64,000 bases of DNA, taken from NCBI GenBank assembly GCA_963555995.3, contig OY821641.1, positions 1,760,001 through 1,824,000 of the forward strand, written 5' to 3'. Positions 54,645-61,376 of this stretch are shown in pieces. Origin of the DNA: Vicinamibacteria bacterium (lineage in GTDB: Bacteria > Acidobacteriota > Vicinamibacteria > Marinacidobacterales > Marinacidobacteraceae). Below the pieces are notes generated by a model, which was not told where the DNA came from, ran no database searches, and saw nothing but the letters and a program-made list of their open reading frames with translations. A program made the translations under genes and the position numbers. Position 1 is the first letter of the stretch, and every line of letters starts with the position of its first letter.

Positions 54645-57566
54645 TCAGCGACCGTCGGCCAGCGCCGCGATCACCGCGTCGTGGAACGCCGGACGGAGCC
54701 GGAAGATCCCGTCGTTCTCGCGCGTCGGATAGACGCGGTTGGTGAGCAGCACGGCGAAGAGCTCGCGTTCCGGATCCACCCAGATCGAGGTGCCGGTGAA
54801 CCCGGTGTGCCCGAAGGACGAGGCGGAGAAGTGATCGCCCGCCGACGAGGGGCCGCCGGACGACGTCCGGGACGGGGTGTCCCAGCCGAGCGCCCGGCTG
54901 CTGTCCGGCGCGAGCCCCGCGCGCCGCGTGAACCGGGCGATGGTGCCCGCGCGGAGCAGGCGCTCGCCCTTCATCGTCCCCCCGTTCAGCAGCATCTGCA
55001 GGAAGACGCCGAGATCGCCGGTGGTGCTGAAGAGCCCCGCGTGCGCCGCCACCTCCCCCAGGACCACGGTGTTCTCGTCGTGCACCTGTCCCCGCACCAC
55101 CCGGCCGCGCCACGGGTTGTCCTCGGTCGGCGCGATGCGGTCCAGCCATTCCGGCGGCGGGCGGTAGCGGGTCGTCGTCATGCCCAGCGGTTCGAACAGC
55201 CGCTCCCGGACCAGCACGTCCAGCGGCTTCCCGGAGACCCGCTCGATGATCTCCCCGAGCAGCAGGATGCCGTTGTCCGAATACACGGTGTCGGTCCGTG
55301 GTTCGTAGTCGGACGTCGCGCCCATGATCCGGTCGAAGACCAGCCGTCGCGCCTCGGCGAGCGGGAGGCCGCGCGCTTCGGGGTCGAACTCCAGGTAGAA
55401 CTGGATCCAGGCCGGAAGCCCCGAGCAGTGGGCGAGCAGGTCGGTGACGGTGACGCCGGCCCTCCGGAGGCGCTCCTCCTCCGAAGGCGCCTGGTCGAGG
55501 AACTCCGGGAGGTAGGCGCTCACCGGCAGCGAGATGTCGAGGGCGTCCTCCTCCACCAGCATCATCACCAGGGTGGTGGTGCCGACGACCTTGGTCAGCG
55601 AAGCGAGGTCGTAGATCGTCTCGGGCGTCACCGCGGGCGCGTCCTCGTCGTAGGTCAGGCGGCCGAAGCCCTCCTGCAGCACGACGCCGCCCCGGCGCAC
55701 CACCAGCGCGCTGGCGCCCGGCGTCACTCCCTCGGCGATGGCGCGCTCGATGACCGCGCGGATGTTCTGGATGCCCTGCGGGCTCATGCCTGCCTCCCCC
55801 GGTTCCACCGGGCGGAGCCGCTGCCGCTCCGCTTCCTTCCTGATGCCCGCGCCGGCCGCCGCTTCCTCCAGCGGAATCGGCAGCGCCCCGTCCACCGCGG
55901 CCTCGCCGAAGAGCGCCGCCGCGGCCGCCTCCTGGTTCTCCCGCGCGCCGTCCCAGGCGAGCAGGATCGCCGCCTCGGGCGGCGCGTTCCGGACGCCGTG
56001 CGGGTTGCCGAAAGAAACCACCGCCAGCTTCTCCGCGAAGGGCGTCACCGCGCGCAGCAGTTCCTCGGGCATTTCGAGTCCGTTCTTCCGGAAATCGGCG
56101 ATCACTACCACGTCCGCCCGATCGGCGTCGCGCGCGAACCGCGCGACCGGCAGGGCGCCGTGGCGCGTCGCCGCGATCCTGGACCGCAGCGCGCCCCGCC
56201 GGCGGAGCGCTCCCCGGAAGAAGCGGCGGTCCGGCTCGTAGGGACCTTCCTGATGGACCTCCACCAGGAGGAGGCCCGGGGTCCGGTCGGACGGTCCCGA
56301 CCGCTTCCCGGTGATGCGCGTGGACCAGGGAAGGAGGCCCTCCGGATCGCGCACGAGCGTCAACCCGCGGGCGAAGAGCGACCCGGCCCACGCGCGGGCG
56401 GCCGGATCGCCGAACGCCTCCTCCAGCCGCTCCGGCGGCCGGCGGTCCCCGAAGAGACCGAGCCGGGCCTTCGCGGCGAGCACCCGGAGGACCGCGTCGT
56501 CGAGCCGCGCCTCGTCGAGCCGGCCCGCGCGCACCGCCCGCACGAGCGCCGCGTGCGCCACCACGGGGTCGCGGGGCACCAGGATCACGTCCACCCCGGC
56601 CCCGAGCGCGAGCGCCGCCACCTCACCGTCGAAGCGCCCGGCGCGCGCGCCCTCCATCTCCAGGGCGTCGCTCACCACCAGTCCGGCGAACCCCATCTCC
56701 GACCGGAGCACCCCGCCGAGGATCTCCGGCGAAAGCACCGCGGGCCGGTCGTCCCGGCCGTCGAGCGCCGGCACCGCGAGGTGGCCGGGCATGACCGCGG
56801 AAACCTCCGCCTCCACCGCCGCCCGGAAGGGAGCGAGGTCCACGGCGTCGAGGTGCTCCCGGTCCGCGGGCACGAGCGCGAGTCCGTGGTGGGAGTCCGT
56901 GCCGGTCCCGCCGTGCCCCGGAAAGTGCTTCGCCGTGGCGAGCGCCCCGCCCGCTTCGACGCCGCGCAGGAACGCGACCCCGAGCTCCGCGACGAGACCG
57001 GGATCGGCGCCGAAGGAGCGCGTCCCGATCACCGCGCTCGAGGCGCTCCGGAGGACATCCAGCACCGGGGCCAGCACCAGGTGGACCCCCACCGCCCGCG
57101 CCTCCCGCGCCACGATGCGGCCCTGGCGCTCCAGCGCGGCGGGGTCGGGGGCCGCGCCCGACTGCATCGCCGGCGGGAAGCGCACCCCGCCGGCGGTCCG
57201 CATCGGCGTCCCCCACTCGTAGTCGGCGGCCACCAGCACGGGGACCGGAGCCGCGCTCTGGAGCGCCGACGTCATGCGCCGCGTCCCGTCGGGCGTCCCG
57301 GCGAAGACGACCACCCCGCCGAGCCGGCCCGCCTCCGCCATCGCCAGCAGCTCCCGGCGCTCGGGATCCGCCGCATTCCGGAAGTCGGCAGGCGCCCGCG
57401 GCATCAGCACCTGGCCCACCTTCTCTTCGAGACTCAGGCCCCGGAGCACCCGCCGCGCCGTCTCGGCAGGTTCTTCCGCGCCCGCCGCCGCCACGCTTCC
57501 GAGCACGAGCCAGCTCGCCAGCGCCCGGCGGCGGGCGCTCCGCCGCGCCGTCGCCACCCCTCTCAC
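54645..57566 (-). CDS. GH3 beta-N-acetylglucosaminidase fused to a beta-lactamase-family serine hydrolase
   Basis: SLEEKVGQ, IGTRSFG, KHFPGHG..TDSH, VVSDALEM; C-terminal YDLASLTKV (SxxK), YSD, AHAGLFS, FGHTGFTG; start GTG 57566. Confidence 0.9.
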   Translation of the reverse strand: MRGVATARRSARRRALASWLVLGSVAAAGAEEPAETARRVLRGLSLEEKVGQVLMPRAPADFRNAADPERRELLAMAEAGRLGGVVVFAGTPDGTRRMTSALQSAAPVPVLVAADYEWGTPMRTAGGVRFPPAMQSGAAPDPAALERQGRIVAREARAVGVHLVLAPVLDVLRSASSAVIGTRSFGADPGLVAELGVAFLRGVEAGGALATAKHFPGHGGTGTDSHHGLALVPADREHLDAVDLAPFRAAVEAEVSAVMPGHLAVPALDGRDDRPAVLSPEILGGVLRSEMGFAGLVVSDALEMEGARAGRFDGEVAALALGAGVDVILVPRDPVVAHAALVRAVRAGRLDEARLDDAVLRVLAAKARLGLFGDRRPPERLEEAFGDPAARAWAGSLFARGLTLVRDPEGLLPWSTRITGKRSGPSDRTPGLLLVEVHQEGPYEPDRRFFRGALRRRGALRSRIAATRHGALPVARFARDADRADVVVIADFRKNGLEMPEELLRAVTPFAEKLAVVSFGNPHGVRNAPPEAAILLAWDGARENQEAAAAALFGEAAVDGALPIPLEEAAAGAGIRKEAERQRLRPVEPGEAGMSPQGIQNIRAVIERAIAEGVTPGASALVVRRGGVVLQEGFGRLTYDEDAPAVTPETIYDLASLTKVVGTTTLVMMLVEEDALDISLPVSAYLPEFLDQAPSEEERLRRAGVTVTDLLAHCSGLPAWIQFYLEFDPEARGLPLAEARRLVFDRIMGATSDYEPRTDTVYSDNGILLLGEIIERVSGKPLDVLVRERLFEPLGMTTTRYRPPPEWLDRIAPTEDNPWRGRVVRGQVHDENTVVLGEVAAHAGLFSTTGDLGVFLQMLLNGGTMKGERLLRAGTIARFTRRAGLAPDSSRALGWDTPSRTSSGGPSSAGDHFSASSFGHTGFTGTSIWVDPERELFAVLLTNRVYPTRENDGIFRLRPAFHDAVIAALADGR

Positions 57567-58861
57567 GGCTTGCGGAGCAGCACGACGCGGTTGGTGTTCG
57601 TGCCGCGCGTGCGGTTGTCCACCCCCCAGCAGTGCGCGGTCTTGGTGAACCGCTGGTCGTTCACCAGCACCAGCAGCGGTTCGAGCCCCGCTTCCCGCGC
57701 CGCCGGAACCACCAGCGTCTCCAGCAGCAGCCGCCCACCCCGCACCTCGCCCACCTCGAACGCGACGAACCCCGACGGGACGAGGATGCGGCCGAGTTCC
57801 CGGAAGACCCGGGTCATGGCGGCCTGCCAGTCCGGCGCGCGCTTCCAGTGCCACAGCGCCACCTTAGCCGCATCCACCCCGTTGAACCAGCAGCGCAGCC
57901 AGTTGTCGGCGCGGTAGTCCACCACGTCGAGGAACGGCGGCGAGGTCACCACCAGCCGGACGCTCGCGTCCGCGAGCCGCGGCGTCCGGTCGGCGGAGGC
58001 GGTCAGCAGCACGGGATCGGCCTCCGCCAGGCGGCGCGCGTCCTCCGGGCCGAACCGGGCGAGCAGCGAGCGGGACTTCCGCAGGATCAGCGCCTTCACG
58101 TCCCGCTCGGGGGGCGTCTGGTTCCGTCGCTCGTTGATCCGCACCTGCGACCGGACCGACGCCGCCTGGTTGGGAGGCAGCGTGTACACCGAGAAGAACC
58201 CCGGCGAGTGCCCGGTGAGCCGGTTGGTCGCCACCATCCCGATCCAGCGGTCCACCCGGTCCGCCGTCCCCCGGGCGGCCCGGTCGAGGAGTTCCCGGCG
58301 GAGGTTCACGACGCGACGGAGGGTGGCCGGGTGGTAGAAGGCGAGCAGGTCGCCGGGGGTCTCGCACGGCCGTTCGAGGTCCAGCGAATCCAGCCGCCCG
58401 GCGACCGCGGCGAGGTCCGGCGGGTCGAAGCGCGGCCCGAGGAGCGTGGCGCTCAGCGGGTTCAGGTCCGAGCCGGCGGCGCGGCGGCCGCGCAGCGCGG
58501 CTTCGAGCGGCGTCGTGCCCCGGCCCATGAACGGGTCGTACACCCGGTCCCCCGGCCGCGTCAGCCGCTCGATGAAGAACCGGGGAAGCTGCGGCTTGAA
58601 GCAGGCGCGGTAGGAGATCTCGTGGAGCGAGTGCGCGGCCCGCTGCTTCGCCGTCCAGAACTCGTTCACAAACACCGGAAGGGAGGTCGCCGGGTCGGGG
58701 AACGGAACGATCCGCGTCCGCTTTCCGAACCGGTCGAACGCCTCCAGCTCCGCCCCGAACGCCGCCACCGAAAGCGGCCCGGCGGCCTCCGGCGCCGGGA
58801 CGAGCCGTCCCGAGGCCGCGGGCGGGAGTTCGGAACGGGCCGTCTCTACCGTTTGCGCCAA
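57563..58861 (-). CDS. Orphan amino (N4-C/N6-A) DNA methyltransferase
   Basis: VYDPFMGRGTT (motif I) precedes VVTSPPF (motif IV variant). Confidence 0.85.
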   Translation of the reverse strand: MAQTVETARSELPPAASGRLVPAPEAAGPLSVAAFGAELEAFDRFGKRTRIVPFPDPATSLPVFVNEFWTAKQRAAHSLHEISYRACFKPQLPRFFIERLTRPGDRVYDPFMGRGTTPLEAALRGRRAAGSDLNPLSATLLGPRFDPPDLAAVAGRLDSLDLERPCETPGDLLAFYHPATLRRVVNLRRELLDRAARGTADRVDRWIGMVATNRLTGHSPGFFSVYTLPPNQAASVRSQVRINERRNQTPPERDVKALILRKSRSLLARFGPEDARRLAEADPVLLTASADRTPRLADASVRLVVTSPPFLDVVDYRADNWLRCWFNGVDAAKVALWHWKRAPDWQAAMTRVFRELGRILVPSGFVAFEVGEVRGGRLLLETLVVPAAREAGLEPLLVLVNDQRFTKTAHCWGVDNRTRGTNTNRVVLLRKP

Positions 58862-58972
58862 GTCCAGAGTCCGACGCGGACGCCGCGCCCGCCGGACCGC
58901 GATGCTACCAACCCGAACGTCGCGCCCGACCGGGGCGCCGGCCCCCGCCCGGCGTGGGACGACGCGGCCGAT

Positions 58973-59248
58973 TCAGGGATCGCTTCCGGACGGTTCGGCC
59001 GGCGTCTCCTCGATCGGCAGCAGCCGGAGCACGCCCTCGATGCGGGAAACCCGCCGGTCCAGATCGTCGAGGCGCGTCTCGATGCGATCCATGCGCGCCT
59101 CGATGCGATCCATACGGGCGTTCAGCCGCTCCTCGAGCCGATCCAGGCGCGCGTTCAGGTGCGCGAAACCAAAACCGGCAATGCCCAGCATCAGGGCGGC
59201 CTGCGCCACCCCGAGCGAGACGAACGGAATCCACTCTTTCTTCTTCAC
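58973..59248 (-). CDS. Small membrane-anchored coiled-coil protein
   Basis: GGAGG RBS before GTG 59248; TM helix then heptads RLDRLEE/RMDRIEA/RMDRIET encoded by 21 bp repeats; RVSRIEG. Confidence 0.7.
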   Translation of the reverse strand: MKKKEWIPFVSLGVAQAALMLGIAGFGFAHLNARLDRLEERLNARMDRIEARMDRIETRLDDLDRRVSRIEGVLRLLPIEETPAEPSGSDP

Positions 59249-59434
59249 GTTCCCTCCGGGCGTCTCCCGCCCATCGGACCCGTCCGGTCTATCGGAGAAC
59301 GTACCGGCGGGGCTCGTCGAACAATCGGGATTCAAGGTCTCCCGCTGGGAACGGCCCACGCGGCGCACGGCTCACTGCCTCCAACGCAGAGCCTAGCAGC
59401 CTCAACGTAACGTCAACCTGCGCAAATGACGGAA

Positions 59435-59480
59435 CGGCTTGGAACGCCGGTCTCCAGACCGGCACCGCGGCGCTCCGCGC
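59435..59480. repeat. Solo REP-like unit (inverted)
   Basis: Reverse complement of 30925-30977. Confidence 0.72.
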
Positions 59481-59540
59481 CCGACGCAACCCCACCCGCA
59501 ACAAGGGAGTTCCCGCCCCGCCGAATAGACTCCGAGAGCC

Positions 59541-59702
59541 ATGAGCGGGACCCCCGAGATCTGGCTTGCCACCGTCTCCATCGTCGTTGCGATCGCGCTT
59601 TCGACCGCGTTCCTCCACCGGGAGTTTGCGTCCCTCCGCGAACGGCTGGCGAGGCTGGAGGGAGCCATCGAAGGCTTCTTCGCGGGGAAGGCGGCGCCGT
59701 AG
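59541..59702 (+). CDS. 53 aa membrane protein, not in the ORF track
   Basis: Manual translation MSGTPEIWLATVSIVVAIALSTAFLHREFASLRERLARLEGAIEGFFAGKAAP. Confidence 0.65.
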   Translation: MSGTPEIWLATVSIVVAIALSTAFLHREFASLRERLARLEGAIEGFFAGKAAP

Positions 59703-59742
59703 TCCCACCGCGCCGGGTGCGCCCGTGAGCACGGATCGCGAA

Positions 59743-60627
59743 ATGCCGAGCCGGTCCAAGGGCGGCCTTCCGCCCACACAGCGGCCCGACGACCCGCCCG
59801 GGATGGCGGCCATCCGGCGCTTCTTCGGGCACCCGGTCTTCCAGGGGATCTGGGCGTGGCTGCGCGCGATCGGACGCGGCATCCGGGCCGTGTGGAAGTG
59901 GCTCGACCGGAACGCCGGCCCCATCGCGCGCGGCATCGAGAAGGCGGGTGACGTGGCCGCCCGCGCGTCGCGGGCCACGGTGCACGTCGGGCAGGCGGCG
60001 GTGGAGATCGGGGGGAAGGTCAACGATTGGGGCCGGCAGCGCGGCGCCGCCGGGGGTGCGAAGCTGCGGCGGGCCGGCGCGCGGATACGCGACTTCGGCC
60101 GCCACGCCGCCCGGATCGGACAACGGGCCGAAGACACCGCCGAGACCGTGGAGGACCTGGGCGGGGAGCTCGCCGGGCTCACCGAGGGAGACGGCGGCGC
60201 GAAGCCCGCCGCGACGGCGACTCCGCTCCCCTCGCCGCGACCCGCACCCTCCGCCACCTCCCGCGTGCGGCCCCCGGAGCCTCCGGCGCCCAGCCCCGCG
60301 CCCCCGCCTGCCGCCCCGGCGGAACCGCCCCCGGACACGGCAGCGCCGCAACCGGGTGAAGCCGACGGAGCACTCCCCGAAGCGTTCCACGAGCGCATCC
60401 GCGCTCTCGGCAAGCGCCGCCGATCCAAGCCGCTCCGGCAACTCATCGCGGACATCTGCGCGTTTCGGAAATGGACCACCGTGGGCGAACTCGCGGGATG
60501 GCTCGGGATGGACGCCAGCAACCTCCAGAAGCGCCATCTCCGGCCGTTGTTGAAGGCGGGCCGGCTGCGGCTTCGTCATCCCGATAACCCACGCCATCCA
60601 GAGCAGGCGTACCGGACCGTCGCCTGA
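59743..60627 (+). CDS. Hypothetical protein with amphipathic N-terminus, Pro-rich linker and C-terminal winged helix
   Basis: TVGELAGWLGMDASNLQKRHLRPLLKAGRLRLRHPDNPRHPEQAY resembles the wHTH at the C-terminus of Fic/RecG-like proteins; start uncertain. Confidence 0.65.
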   Translation: MPSRSKGGLPPTQRPDDPPGMAAIRRFFGHPVFQGIWAWLRAIGRGIRAVWKWLDRNAGPIARGIEKAGDVAARASRATVHVGQAAVEIGGKVNDWGRQRGAAGGAKLRRAGARIRDFGRHAARIGQRAEDTAETVEDLGGELAGLTEGDGGAKPAATATPLPSPRPAPSATSRVRPPEPPAPSPAPPPAAPAEPPPDTAAPQPGEADGALPEAFHERIRALGKRRRSKPLRQLIADICAFRKWTTVGELAGWLGMDASNLQKRHLRPLLKAGRLRLRHPDNPRHPEQAYRTVA

Positions 60628-60666
60628 TCCGGGGTTTCCGGCCGGGGTTGACGGCAACGCCGCGGG

Positions 60667-61026
60667 AGCAATGGTCAAACCCGCCGAGCAATGGTCAAAG
60701 CAATGGTCAATTCGCCGGGAGCAATGGTCAATTCGCCGAAACAGGCCGGAAAGCAATGGTCAAACCGCGAATTCGGGGGCTTTTCCGGGAATTCGGACGC
60801 TTCGGCGGTTCTCTGCCGGATTCGGTTCCTACCGGCTGGAACCGGCTGAATTCGGCTGGTATTCGGTAGTCCCGGTCCTTTCTAGCGGCGGATTCCGGTC
60901 CGGGGACCGGGTTCGCGGAACAGCAGGAATCGGCTCCGGCGAGCTCTGGTCAGATACCGGCTGACGCGCGGCAGCAATGGTCAAACCCGACGGAGCTCTG
61001 GTCAATGTGCGGCGAGCTCTGGTCAA
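60667..61026 (+). repeat. Iterated 12-mer AGC(AA/TC)TGGTCAA direct repeats
   Basis: AGCAATGGTCAA at 60667, 60687, 60699, 60720, 60752, 60973; AGCTCTGGTCAA at 60994, 61015; variant at 60942. Confidence 0.85.
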
Positions 61027-61075
61027 TTCACCGGAACGCAGCCCCACCGGTACGCCCACCGTCGTGATGGCGCCG

Positions 61076-61323
61076 CCGGCTTGGAGCGCCGGCTTCAGCC
61101 GGCACCGCGGGCCGCAGGTCCGCGGATGTCGTGTCGCTGTTTGCGGTGATGGGCCGGAAACCGCGCGCTGTCGCGCGGGGCAGCGTCGTGCAGTCCGCTG
61201 CGCTGCGCGCAGCGGGTGCCGGCTGAAGCCGGCGTTCCAAGCCGGTGCGCCATGCGGCTACTCAGCCATTTGCGGTTTCGCTGCGCTGCGCGCAGCGGTG
61301 CCGGTCTGAAGACCGGCGGTCCC
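61076..61323. repeat. REPIN-like element plus an extra REP unit
   Basis: Inverted pair 61076-61245 and third unit GTGCCGGTCTGAAGACCGGCGGTCCC at 61298-61323. Confidence 0.8.
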
Positions 61324-61376
61324 GGGTACCCGAGTGACGGGAAATGGCGTGGGGCGCTCGTATGATCCGGCGCTGC

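Noticed and set aside
54645-55800. Beta-lactam resistance gene
   Set aside because: The SxxK domain is fused to GH3 in a cell-wall recycling context; the fold alone does not imply beta-lactamase activity
54228-57917. 1229 aa plus-strand ORF and the many similar long overlapping ORFs (e.g. 30924-33686, 42029-44332, 3004-5079)
   Set aside because: Antisense or off-frame shadows of well-supported genes; expected at this GC content
60667-61026. Plasmid or phage replication origin
   Set aside because: No Rep, integrase or phage genes nearby; kept only as an unexplained repeat array
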